This document shows positions 26,419 through 37,272 of a stretch of 64,000 bases of DNA, piece by piece. Each line of letters opens with the position of its first letter. Position 1 is the first letter of the stretch. The notes beneath the pieces were generated by a model that made no database searches, was not told where the DNA came from, and saw only the letters and a program-made list of their open reading frames with translations. The stretch comes from Felis catus (lineage: Eukaryota). A program made the translations under genes and the position numbers. The stretch lies in the NCBI RefSeq assembly GCF_018350175.1, contig NC_058368.1:87978001-88042000 (forward strand), given 5' to 3'.

Positions 26419-27058
26419 CTAAGGACAGGGAGGGACAGGTGGTCAGAGGTCCTAGTTAGGTGAGGTTTCCCAAGACCTGGAGCCAAGGCACAGACACGCT
26501 GTAGACTCCAGGCCACCTTGGGAATCCATGTCAGGTGCTGCCAGTGGGACCCTCCTCAGGCACAGGGTGGGGCTTGTGCCCTGACCCCTCTAAGCAGCAT
26601 GATGGGCACCCCGGCTGGTGCCTGGGGACAGATGGAGGGAAGCATGAGGGGCAGTGGCCAAGACCCTACTAAGAGCCAGGACTCAGGCAAAGCCAGATCC
26701 TGAGAATCCACCAAGATGCACCAATAGGTTTTAGAAAGAGCCAGAGCCTCGTCCATCAAGATCCCAATTTAACCTGCCGAGGTGGCTTCCGGCACCTTTT
26801 GGGTCTTGCCAGCCTCACTTTTTCATCCTCGAAAAGAGAAAAAGGGTTGCAAATTTCTTATCTTTTATTCTCCATACCCACACTCCTCTCTCATCTAAAC
26901 GTTAGTTCTGTGGGCACTTTCTTTCCCCAATTCCGGAAGCAACTGCACCCCCACAAGCATTCTTGGAAAAAAGGAAGGGCCGGGCAGCTTGGCCTCACAA
27001 GTGCTTGATGCAGCCGGACCTGCTTCCTACCCACCAAGTCCTGGAGGCTGCAGCTCAC

Positions 27059-27334
27059 CACTGACACGCAGCTGGAAGTCCACGGAGTCCTCGCCCACAC
27101 GGCATGAGTAGGTGCCCTCATCCTGCTTGGTGACCGAGGCTGCCACCAGCCGGTGCCACGTTCCCACGTCCTCCTGCAGGAAGCGCTGGCTGGAGCGGCT
27201 GAGCTCCGTACCATCCTTGTACCAGCGCACACAAACCTGGGCCTCAGAAGTCTCACATTCAAAGTGGGCTGGGCCCCCAGCCACGGCATCCACCAAGCCA
27301 CCAGCTGTGTCCTTGTGCAGAAAGGGAGTGAGCC
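27059..27334 (-). CDS. OBSCN: OBSCN exon 8, Ig domain (GLTPFLHKD...HFECETSE...WYKDG...DEGTYSCRV...LRVS)
   Basis: tgcag|GG acceptor, AGTG|gtgag donor, 276 nt. Confidence 0.95.
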
Positions 27335-27753
27335 CTGCAAGGGCACATGGGCAGGTCAGGGGGCCGGCAGAGCCCTGGCCACACATCCACCCACTCAGAC
27401 AGCAGATGGAGACGCCCAGAGCTCCAGGGCCTCACTGACCAGGGTCCCATTCAGAGGCAGGACTGGCCTGGGATGCTGACCTCTAACCACTCACGCACCA
27501 CCTGCTCTTAGGAAGACCCTCCCTCTCACAGGCTGTCCACCTCTCACACCATAGCGTCACTGGAGCCAGTTTCCCAGACTCCCGCTCCCCAAGATCAGCT
27601 AAGTCCCCCACCCTCCCACAAGGACAGAGGACAGGGGCTCCCACTGCCCAGACCCCTTAGAGCCTGCCCAGAGCTGGGAACATAACATGTGGCCATGACC
27701 ATGGTGATGGTGGGCAGGCGAGGACGTGGACACACACACACAGAGGACATCAC

Positions 27754-28029
27754 CTTGCACCAACAGCTGGTAGGCAATGCGGCCCCCACGGCTGACACAC
27801 TCGTACAGGCCAGCATCATCTCGCACCACATCCCGCACCAGCAGTGCCCGCTGTCCGGCACTCGCCTGGACCTCGTATTTGGGGCCCAGGGGCAGCACGT
27901 GGCCGTCCTTCAGCCATGTCACCGCCGCAGCCTGGTCTGAGAGCTCTGCCAAGAGCTGTGCCTCCTCATGCAGCCGGGCCAGCACTTCCCTCACAGCTGC
28001 CACTGGACGCTTGGCAGCCAGCCCTGGGG
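27754..28029 (-). CDS. OBSCN: OBSCN exon 7, Ig domain (APGLAAKRP...VTWLKDG...DDAGLYECV...LLVQ)
   Basis: cacag|CC acceptor, CAAG|gtgat donor, 276 nt. Confidence 0.94.
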
Positions 28030-28049
28030 CTGTGTGGGGCCACACAGGT

Positions 28050-28460
28050 GGACACAGGGGACGTAGACAGAGGGGTGGACGGGGGGGGGGGGCAAAGGGG
28101 AAGGGGGCAGAAGGGGAAGGAGCAGAGGGAGAGGGGGCAGAGGGAGGGGGTGGACAGATGGGGAGGGGACATAGGGGATGGACAAAGGGAGGGGACATTG
28201 GGGAGGGGACAGAGGAGGTAGACAGAGGGAGAGGGGGCAGAGGGGAGGGGGCAGAGGGAGGGGGTGGACAGAGGAGGCAGACAGAGGGGACAGACGGGGA
28301 CAGGGAGGGGGAGGGGACAGTGGAGAGTGGACAGAGAAAGCGGACAGAGAGGATGTATGGGCAAGAGAATGAGACAGTAAAGAGTAGACACAGTGGGGGG
28401 TGGGGTATGGGAGAACAGACAGAAAAAAAGAGGAAGAGACAAGATTGCAGAGAGAGAGGG
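28050..28460. repeat. Purine-rich (GA/GGA) low-complexity repeat in intron 6
   Basis: Degenerate gggggcagagggagggggtggacaga units. Confidence 0.85.
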
Positions 28461-28574
28461 GAGCAGACAGATGCAGAAGTGAGGTCCTGCAGCTCCTCCT
28501 CCACTCACGCTGAGGCCGAGGCCGCCCCCAGCCCTGGGCAAGCTGCCTCACACCCCCCTCCTCTGTCCTGCCCA

Positions 28575-28730
28575 CCGCATCCAGGAGACCACCCAGAGCC
28601 CACCTGGCCCTAGGGAAGATGCCTGGGGGGGTCACAGCCACACGCCCCTCCCCTGCCTGCCACATCCAGGAGACTACCTGGGAGCCCACCCTGCCCCTAG
28701 GGAAGAGGCCTGGGGGGGTCACAGCTGGAG
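28575..28730. repeat. About 85-bp direct duplication next to the exon 6 donor
   Basis: catccaggagac...gagcccacc...ccctagggaaga.gcctgggggggtcacagc occurs twice. Confidence 0.8.
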
Positions 28731-28739
28731 TCCCCCTAC

Positions 28740-29006
28740 CTCGGACCTCCATACGGATGCTGTTCTCAATTCCGTTGGCCACGAACTTGAGCTCAGCGCC
28801 ATGCAGGCTGGCGGACACGGAGCGGATGGTGAGGGCATGCTGCGTGCCGTCGTGACGGATCACATACACACTGCTGGCCTTTAGGGCCTGGCCATCCAGG
28901 AACCACTCTCCAGCAGAGGCCAGAGTGAGGTCCACCGAGAAGGTCACCTCGCCACCCTCTACCGCCTCCACCGCCTTCAGAGGAGTCTTCACAGCCAGCT
29001 GGGGGG
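28740..29006 (-). CDS. OBSCN: OBSCN exon 6, Ig-like domain (APQLAVKTPLKAVEAVEGGEVTFSVDL...RMEVR)
   Basis: tgcag|CC acceptor, CGAG|gtagg donor, 267 nt, phase 1-1. Confidence 0.93.
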
Positions 29007-29128
29007 CTGCAGAGTGAGGGCCTTAGGAAGGGGCCGGCCTCTGCCCCCCTCTGCTCCCCCTCCAGAGCCCAAGTTCCCCCTTCCCCAGGAAGCCCTCGGG
29101 ACAGGCTCCAGGAGACTTCCTCACTTAC

Positions 29129-29437
29129 CCAGGTGGACAGTCCCTGGAAACTCCAGGTAGGGGCTCTGGCCAAAGCTGTTCACAGCTGATACCCGGAACT
29201 GGAAGTCCCCCTCCTCAGCCACGCTGGCCACAGTCAGCTCACGTTCAGCCACCAACTCCGCCTCGTGGCACCGGCTCCAGGTGTAGGCACCAAGCCGCTT
29301 CTTTTCCACCAGATAACCGTCGATGGGGACAGGGCGGTCCCCATGGGGTGGTGGGGACCAGGCAAGGGTGACGGAACACTCTGTCCTTCCCTTTACCACA
29401 GGGGCCTCAGGGGCATGCAGGGGCGGCCTCCTAGGGG
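29129..29437 (-). CDS. OBSCN: OBSCN exon 5, fibronectin type III domain (APRRPPLHAPEAP...VTLAWSPP...GYLVEKK...FRVSAVNSFGQS)
   Basis: ccag|CC acceptor, CTGG|gtaagt donor, 309 nt, canonical FnIII W, Y and FRVxAVN motifs. Confidence 0.95.
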
Positions 29438-30189
29438 CTGGAGAGAGCACAGTCAATATCACTGACCGGCAGTTCCCTCCCAAAGCCCTGGGTCCAAGCT
29501 CAGCCCTTCAAGGTGTCACAGAACCCCACCCTGCTGGGGGAGCTACTTTCATGATCTGGGAATGGCCATGGCACAAGGGGACGCTGGGCCCAGGGAGGGC
29601 GTGGGCCCGCCACCCCTGTCCCAGCCCTGTGGCCATTTCTTTGGTTGCAGTGGGAAGAGTGCTCCGGCTTCAGGCCACTCAAACTGTGCACGTGGCCTGG
29701 GGACCAGGCTTATCCGTTTCTGCAGGTCTTAGGCTAACCAGTGACCAAAGCAGGTGCAGTGACCACTCTGAGGGTGCTCAGACCTGTGTGCAGGGACACA
29801 TTCCTACCCCAACCAAGGGCTGACCAATGGGTGTGGGTGGGGGGAGGGACCTACCACCCAATCTACAAATGGGATACCAAAGGTCACAGAAAGAGGACAC
29901 GCCTACACCTGAAATCCCACACCCACCCCATGCCACCCACAACAATCCCTACCTTCTAATTTGGTTCATAGAGTGGGGAGGCCACCAGGACTGCTACCTC
30001 ACAGTCACTTGGGGTGATCACAGTGAAGAAAGGCGCAAACAAACCAAGGGCCCCAGGAAACTGAAGCTATGACCCATTGGTTCAGTCCCCCAAAGCCCTC
30101 CGTGCAGCGGGCTGGAGAGCACAGCAGGGCCCCATGGACGAAGGAGGCAAAGGGCACTGTCCATCCAAGGGCACTCCCCAGGCCCTTAC

Positions 30190-30450
30190 CAGACACGAAG
30201 AACTGGGTGGACGTCCTGCAGTCACCAGCAGTGAAGGTCACCTCGCCCACGTCCTCCAGGCTGCACTGGGAGATGGTCAGCGTGTGGCACATGCCTTCTG
30301 TGGTGATGGCCACGCGGCCCCCGGCCACCATCTCCTCCTGGTTCCTCAGCCAGTGGACAGGGCCCTCGGGCCTGGCCAGCTCCACACAAAACATGGCCGT
30401 GTCACCCACGCGCACCGCGGTCTTCCTCGGGAGCTTCCGAATGAGGTTTC
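30190..30450 (-). CDS. OBSCN: OBSCN exon 4, Ig domain (GNLIRKLPRKTAVRVGDTAMFCVEL...QFFVS)
   Basis: cacag|GA acceptor, TCTG|gtaag donor, 261 nt, phase 1-1. Confidence 0.95.
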
Positions 30451-30481
30451 CTGTGGTGGTCAGGGTGAGAGGCTGGTCAGA

Positions 30482-31135
30482 TAGGACCCCTGCCCCAGCC
30501 TCCTTCCAGCACACCTTCTGGGCCCCTGTCCACCCCCGCAAGACACCATCCCCCCACCCCCCACATGGCCCCACACCCCCTGCATGATGCCCCCAGTGCC
30601 CCTGCAAGACACCTGCCCCCCCAGGACCCCTGTCCCCATCCTCCAGGACCCCTGCCCTGCCCCTTCCCATCCCTGCCCACTCCTTGCAAGGCCCCACCCT
30701 CCACATGACCCCTCCACCTGCATGGCCCCACCAGCCGCAGGACCCTTGCCCTCCCCCCACGCGACCCCTGACCTCCCATAGGACCCCTGCCCTCACCCTC
30801 ACATGACCCCTGCTCCCCCCATAGGACCCTACCCCCACCACCGCAGGACCCCTGCCCCATCCCGCATGACCCCTGCCCCCCCCAGGACCCCTTCCCTGCC
30901 CCTTCCGGCCCCTGCAACCCCCCCACAGGACCCCTGTCCGCATCCCGCAGGACCCCTGCCCAGCCCCTTCTGATCGCTGCCCACCTCCTGCAAGGCCTCA
31001 CCACCAGCATGGCGCTGCCACCCGCAGGACCCCTACCCCCCCAACCCATGCTGCCACCCTCAGGACCCCTGCCCTCACCCCCACATGACCCCTGCCCCCC
31101 CCCCCGTAGGACCCTACCCCTTTCCCGCCCGACCC
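30482..31135. repeat. C-rich minisatellite (caggacccctgccc core) filling intron 3
   Basis: Around 20 or more degenerate ggacccctgccc / tgacccctgccc units. Confidence 0.88.
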
Positions 31136-31142
31136 CTCCCAC

Positions 31143-31412
31143 CTTGCACCGCTAGCTCTGCCACCGTGCGGCTGCCCTCCGTGGTCTCGCAGATGTAGAC
31201 GGCGTCGTCGTCGGCCGAGACGTTGCGCACCGTGAGCCTGCGCTCAGTGCCCGCCTCCTCGATGCCGTACTTGGCGCTGGCCCACAGACGCGTGTCCTCC
31301 TTGTACCACGCGGCCTCCGTGGACGGCAGCTGCACCTCGCACTGGAACGTGGCCGACTCCTTCTCCCGCACCTCCAGGTCCTGAAGTCGCCTCTTGAAGG
31401 GTACGGCGGGCT
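31143..31412 (-). CDS. OBSCN: OBSCN exon 3, Ig domain ([27 protein letters not shown]...ELAVQ)
   Basis: ctgcag|AG acceptor, CAAG|gtggga donor, 270 nt, phase 1-1, Ig W/C and DDAVYIC motifs. Confidence 0.95.
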
Positions 31413-32569
31413 CTGCAGGGAGGAAGCGCGTGAGAGGTGCTGGGGCGGCGGGATGCTTGCAGCGGCGAGGCAGGGAAGAGAGCTCCGAGGAGACAGAGGA
31501 GGGGGGAGGGGGCAGAGCGTGGGGATGGAGCAGCGGTGAGCTGCGGGGGAGGGCAGGAAGGGGGGCAGGTTAAGGGGTTCGGAGTGGGAGGCTGGAGCGT
31601 GGGGGCGGGGGACCAGGGCAGGGTTGAGAAGGCTACGGGGCAGGGGGGAGTGGAGAGGCAGGTGAGCAGCAGGGAAGCGTGTAGGGAGGTAGGGGGATGG
31701 AGGCGGGACAGGGGCGGGCGAGGGCACAGAACCTGAAGAGCCCCTTTCCCTTAAACAGAAGGAGATGTCCTGAAGACAAAAAGGAGAACCGAGGCCCGCA
31801 GGCAGCAGCCCAGCGCAAAGCTCGGGGGACTCACGCCCACGCCCACGCCCACGCAGCAGCCAGGCTGCGGGGCCAGCTCCAGATCACTGCAGTCTCTGAT
31901 CACCGGCTGTGGGCCAGGCCCCGCTGCCCTGCGCATTTCCCCCTGTGCAGCCCCCCTCCCCAAGGAACCGGGCTGTTTCCTCCGCGTGGGCCATGGCCTG
32001 GGGCGCACACTGAAGGTCGGAGCGCCCTGAGATCCTGCAGCGGGTCAGAAGTGGAGGTCAGTCTCTGCTCTTAGGAGCCTCGCCAACTTGCCCGCAGGAC
32101 CTGATCACGTCGCCTGCCAGGGCTTCCCTCCAGAACCCGGAGGGAGCCCCAGACCCCTCCAGGGATCCTCAACGGGAACCTGTGAACTGGCTTAACCCGG
32201 CTCGGCCCCAGCCCCAGCCCTTGCCTTTCTCCCGGACTCTGCCTGGGAGACCCCTTTGGCAACCTGTCACTGGGGTGGAGGGCCTGGTTCACCCCGACAG
32301 TGTCTCAGGAGGAGGGGTTGCTTAGGACAAAGCGCTTTGTTCACTCATGTGACTCTCACAAAGACAATGGGACAGGCTGAGGGTCATCCGTGTCGCCCTC
32401 ATTTCCTGGGCCCGAAGAGGCTAGAGCCGCCAACAGCTCTGCCTCAGGATTCCACCACGGATTCCATTCCAGGTGGGGGCGGGACTGGGGAGGCGCCTGC
32501 TTCTGCGCTCTGCGGGCAGCGACCTGGGCGGGGACCGTGCACTCCCGGCCCCGCGGGCGAGGCGCTCAC

Positions 32570-33548
32570 CTCGTACGACGACTAGCACGGAGCTGTAGGT
32601 TTGGCCCACCAGGTTGGACGCCGTGCAGGTGTAGAGGCCCCGGTCCGACTGCTTGCAGAAGAGGATCTTGAGCACGAAGTTCTCCTGAGCGTCCTCGTAC
32701 ACCAGGTGTCGCCGGCCCTCCACCACCAGCTGGCCATCCTTCTTCCACACCGTCTCTGGCTTAGGCTCGCCCGTCACGTAGCAACTGAGGCGCGCGTGCT
32801 TGCCTTCAGTCACCGTGCAGGTGCGCGTGCCAGAACCAGGCGGCGAGGCAGGGATGCCCTCGGCGCGCATCGCCTCCCGACGCCGCTGCAGGTGCGCCAG
32901 AAGCCCGGCAGTGGAGGCTCCCGGCGGGGCGGCGTCTGGGTCCGCGTCTACCGTGAGCGCGGCGTCGGCACTGGCGACGCCCAGCGGGTTCTCGGCGCGC
33001 ACCGTGTATGTGCCCCCGTCGCGCGGCCGCGCGGACTGGATGCGCAGCGCGCTGGCCTCGCCGCTGGCCTCCACGCACACCCGGGGGGCGTCGGGCGCGC
33101 CCAGGCGCCGGCCGTCCTTGGCCCAGCTCACGGCCATGGGCGGCGAGCCGCGCACGCGGCAGCGGAAGGTGGCCTCGGCGCCCTCGCGCACGCGGATGGA
33201 CGTGGGCCGCAGCAGGAAGTGGGGCGCCTGCTCGGCGTAAGTGGCCTCGGCGTCCACCTGCAGGCCCACGGCCGCGAATGCCTCGCCGATGGCATTGCGC
33301 GCGCGGCACACGTACTGCCCGCTGTCGCCCAGGGCCAGGTCCAGGATGGTGAGGCGGTACAGGTCGCCGTCCTGGGCCAGCCGGAAGCGAGAGCCCGCCT
33401 CAACCGGCTGCTGGTCCTTCTCCCAGCTCACCTGCGGCGTAGGGTTGCCCACGATCTGGCAGCTCAGCGTGGCGTCCTTCCCCACCGACACCACAAAGGC
33501 CTTGGGCCGGGTCAGGAATCGGGGCGCCCCGCTGAATGAGTGATCCAT
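32570..33548 (-). CDS. OBSCN: OBSCN first coding exon (exon 2): Ig1, Ig2, Ig3
   Basis: ATG at 33548 in a perfect Kozak context (CCACCATGG). Acceptor AG at 33578-33579 gives a short 5' UTR from 33577. Donor CGAG|gtgag at 32570. 979 nt, ends phase 1. Protein matches obscurin Ig1 (titin M10-binding) through Ig3 (myomesin-binding). Confidence 0.97.
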
Positions 33549-36249
33549 GGTGGGGGGCGGGGGGCGGCGGGACGGACCTGAGAGCAGGTTGGGGGAAGGT
33601 CATAGTGGGGATGAGCCGCAGGTGCTGTCCGAGTCCTCCGCGGCTTCCCAACCAGTGTCCCTGAAGAACCCAGTCTAACCCAGGGTGGACATGGACACCT
33701 CCCGGCCTTATCTCCACCCCCCACCTCCACGCGCAGGTAGAACTACCAGAAGGCACAGTGGTGCAGAAAATCAGATTTACCCCTTTCTGGGCACCTGGAG
33801 TCTGGTGCACCCCTCGACGGGCTTTTCTAATGGGTGAGCATATTTCCTTCCTGTCCCCCCAGCTCTAGCCCTACGCCCCAACTCAGGTCCAGTTGAGAAC
33901 CTGTCCCAAAACAGCACACCAGCAGCCAGGCTGGCCCTCCTCTCTGTGCACCAGGGTCCTCCCTACCCTGGGGGCCATGCTGTACCTCTCCACACAGACC
34001 TGCCTGTTCCCCCCTGCCCACTCCAGCTGCTTCCTGGTGACCAGTTCCCGTCCCCCACACACCTCTGCTTCCTGGAGTCTGAAACTCCAGTCTGCTTACA
34101 TCACTGCCACTCAGCTCTCCACACCTGGACGGGGCCTGACCCCTGGCGGGAGTGCACCCAAGGTGACCCATCTCCCAGCAGGCTCTCCTCTGAGCCCTTG
34201 GCCCTGCGTGTCCCCTTTTGTCCCCCCACTTCCTCCTCCGGGTGACTCATCTTCCAAAGCTGTTGGGCCACACATCCTGCCAGGTGCAGCTCAACCCTCC
34301 TCGCCCCAGGAAGTGCCCACGACAGAGGCCTGTCCCACCTGTAGCTGCCTGCACCTGTCCTGCGATGCCTCCTCCCCTCCCCTGCCAAAGAACCCTGATA
34401 AGCAGGGAAGGATTAGAGACCCTGTTGCCAGGTGACTTCCTCCTAACTGGCTGAGCTGCCCATACCCCTTCGCTGTGAACAGCCACAGGAGGATCTGGAG
34501 GGCACACAGTCAGCAGTGAGCCCAGGGAGGACTGGCAGAGAGTCCCCTGGGAAGGGCCTGGCCAGGTTGACTGGCAGGAGCCCTGTCACTCTACAGACTT
34601 AGTGGCTCCACTGGCCAGGCACCCTGTGGGGATGGGGTGGGCACCACCCGAAAGCCTCAGGGGACAGGTCTCTGCCTAAGCCTCCCCTCCCCATCAGGCC
34701 CCAGCTGGCCTTCAGCACAGGTGGGTATGGTGAGCCTGGGCCTTACCTGCCCCCCCCCCCCAAGCTTCTTTATGTAAGAACAGCAGCCCACTGGGCTCAG
34801 GGCTGGCCTCAAGCACCTTTACTCCTTCCCCAATCCACAGCTGGGCTTCTAGCGTGGGCTGCCCACTGGGGGACAAGTGGGGTGATGTCCTGTGATTCAG
34901 GGCCTAATCCCCCTTAATCCCCCTCTAGGAGGTGAGACTGCTCCAGCCTGCTGACTCACTGTGTGGTCAGCACCTCTGGCCCCTGCCCCCCATGGCCTGG
35001 CCATGTTCTGGAGCTGGGAGGACCTGGGCGGGTGGCCACCAGAGCCCCGCCCCTGGGGACGCCCTCTTGGGCCTTGATGTCCCTCTGGAGAAGGCTTACT
35101 CAGATCTCCCCTGAGATCTAAGCTCCCAGGGCCCCCCTCCTGAATCACAGTCAGTGGGTCCCCCAAAGCAGGACACTGAATCCTCCCTCCAACACACCAG
35201 GTGCAGCTATGGGAGATAGGTCCTCTGAGCTCATGAGTGGGCATGGGCAGGGGCCACCCCACAGCTAGTGGCCTCTGGGGGGCAGGGACAGCAGCAGGGA
35301 CAGGACAGGGAGCTCCCATCACCACACGTGCTTAGGGGGAGCCAGCCCAGGACCTTGGCAGGTGCACAGGCTGACCCCTGGCCTGGCAGGGGTGGGCAGA
35401 GACCTCCAAGATCCTCTGAGGCCCCCAGGGACAGTGCTGATGGCTGTCTCCTCATTTAACAGCCTGTATTTCCCACCTCAATGCAGCAGACACCATGAAG
35501 CCAGGGTTGGGGGCTCCCACAGATACAGCTGCCTCCGAGTCTACCCTGCCAGGCAGGCATCCCCACTGGTCAGTAGAACCCTAGCTCCAGAAATGCTTGC
35601 CCGAGGACTCCAGAGCCACCCACCGTCCTTCAGGCCAAGTCGGGAACACCCTCTGGGGGCCTCCAGAACTCCCATTGGGCACATACATGCAGCAGTGAGC
35701 TCAGAGACAGGAGACTCAGGAGGGGACACAGCCCCAGCCTCCCAGGAAAAGCCCCTTCCTTCCTCAGATGCCCGCCTGGGAAGGCAGCTCCCTGTAGACC
35801 CCACTCAGACTCCTGATGCCTTGGAGGACCTAGCTTGGCACTGGCAGGAGCCTCCCTCCACATGGAGACCATGACTCCCCCACCCCCACCTGGGGTCATT
35901 TCTCTAGAGCCCAGGAGTCCCCGGGGCTGACCTGAGCCCTGCCCACACCCTCCATCCTGGCTCTTCTAGAACTTGGCCAATCTCAGGTCCTCTTCCAGGG
36001 GCCCCTGGGCCATTTCTCAGATGCACCAAGGGTGGGAAGTGACTTGCAGCCTGACTGCAGAGTCTGGTCCCTTCCTGGGAATCCCTGCTGCCCCCGCCCC
36101 CACCCTTCCAGAAAAGACTTCCAAGGGCAGCCCCTGGAGTCTGTGCCTCCCCCTAGACCCCTGGGCTGGCGGCTTCCCGAACTCCTGGGGAAATTCTTTC
36201 CTGGAGTCAGGTGTCAGTGCCCCTTTGGCTGTCCCCTCTGCTGAGCCAA

Positions 36250-36278
36250 CAGGCCTAAAATAGCCCCAGCTGTCAGCG
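36250..36278. promoter_or_regulatory. Candidate intron-1 muscle enhancer: MEF2-like CCTAAAATAGC next to E-box CAGCTG
   Basis: Sequence ggcctaaaatagccccagctgtcag; an A/T-rich MEF2-like site in otherwise GC-rich DNA, 3 bp from a myogenic E-box. Confidence 0.4.
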
Positions 36279-36681
36279 GACATCCATCTCAGCAGAGCTG
36301 GGGGCAGGGCCGGCCAGACCTCTAGGCCTGCCTCACAGCAGGGAGCCCCCAGCGAAGGAGGAGGTGGATGCACCCCATGGCCCCCTGACCTCACACCCCA
36401 ACTGCTCCCTCCCCAAATGAGGGCTCAGGTCACTGCAGGGACTGGATTCCAGGGCTCCAACCCTCAGAGGAGCAGCACAGCCTGGCTAGACCAGCCCCCT
36501 CCCAGGGCCAACTGTACCCCACAGCCCTGACCTTCAACAGAGCAGTCCTGGAGGAGAGGGGCTAGGCCCAGGATGGCCCCCACCCCTGTCTGTCCTGCCT
36601 CCTCACCTGTCTCTACGGGAGGCTGGGAGCAGCACCCAGGCGGGGGGCTCAGACGGCAGGGCAGGGGCTGCTGGGTCTCAC

Positions 36682-36760
36682 CTCCCTCCACGGGCCCAGG
36701 ACCGACACGGCTCCCACCCAGCAGCCCACTCTCTGGCCGGTCCTCAGACTGGACAGGGAC
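36682..36760 (-). other. OBSCN: Probable non-coding exon 1 of OBSCN (TSS approximate)
   Basis: Strong donor GAG|gtgaga at 36682, an ATG-free GC-rich segment, about 3.1 kb upstream of the exon 2 acceptor and directly downstream of a GC box, E-box and MEF2-like cluster. Mammalian OBSCN is known to have a short untranslated first exon a few kb upstream. Confidence 0.55.
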
Positions 36761-36774
36761 GAAAGGACAGGCGG

Positions 36775-36855
36775 ACGCTGTCAGCTGGAGAAGGCTGGGC
36801 CCGCCCCCACCACCAGCCAGCCCAACCCAGCCCAACTCCAAAATAGCCCGGGTGT
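36775..36855 (-). promoter_or_regulatory. Candidate OBSCN core promoter: E-box CAGCTG (36782-36787), Sp/KLF GC box (about 36797-36808), MEF2-like GCTATTTTGG (about 36838-36847)
   Basis: Motif cluster typical of striated-muscle promoters, immediately upstream of the candidate exon 1. Motif matching only. Confidence 0.5.
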
Positions 36856-37019
36856 CACTGCCCCGGATTTGGTTTCACCCCCAGCCCCACGGAAGCAAAG
36901 GGCACAGACTCTGCATGGCCAGGTGTTTGGTGGGGGACAGCAGGGATGTGGGTAAGGCAGGGACCCCATCTTGTGGGGAACCCTGTTCAGACTAATATCC
37001 CGGAGTGCAGGGAAGGAAG

Positions 37020-37272
37020 GAGCCTAGGGGACCCAGAACCATCCAAAGGAGAGAGGGGGACCTGAGACCCCCAGAGGATATCCAAGATCACCTTGAAGGG
37101 ACCTGGGACCCCTCCCCCAGAAAGGGATCCAGAACCAGTCAGAGGGGACCCAGAGCCAGCCAGAGGGGATCCAAGACTGCCCAGAGGGGACTAGAACCAG
37201 CCAGAGGGGAGAGGGGGACCAGAAACCACACAGAGGGCACCCAGGACTGCCCAGAGGGGACAGGGGTCCCAG
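37020..37272. repeat. About 20-bp degenerate tandem repeat (ccagaggggacccagaac) upstream of the promoter
   Basis: Repeated cagagggg/ccagaacc units. Confidence 0.8.

Larger units (their letters stand above)
31100..33650. promoter_or_regulatory. CpG island / CpG-rich domain over OBSCN exons 2-3
   Basis: Very high GC and dense CpG (for example gcgcggccgcgcgg) in 32500-33600 and 31140-31450. Confidence 0.8.
1..36760 (-). other. OBSCN: OBSCN (obscurin) gene, 5' portion; continues past the left edge of the window
   Basis: The chain of spliceable exons translates to the known obscurin N-terminus ([36 protein letters not shown]...) followed by tandem Ig/FnIII domains in the expected order. Confidence 0.98.

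Noticed and set aside
1417-26459. Recurrent plus-strand ORFs (MTSRWKDTFWPPASQLYSPAS...) at 1417, 5457, 8677 and 26148
   Set aside because: They are antisense shadows of the four repeated Ig exons; their mutual similarity is explained by the exon repeats.
27599-31142. Long Pro-rich or Gly-rich ORFs of 190-333 aa
   Set aside because: Exon frames running through low-complexity intronic repeats; splice sites delimit the true coding parts.
32601-33539. 312-aa plus-strand ORF antisense to exon 2
   Set aside because: Stop-poor reverse frame expected from very GC-rich coding DNA; non-ATG start and no recognisable homology.
34741-34750. Strong minus-strand donor CAG|gtaagg in intron 1, a possible alternative 5' UTR exon
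   Set aside because: No convincing partner acceptor or promoter signal; isolated donor matches are common.
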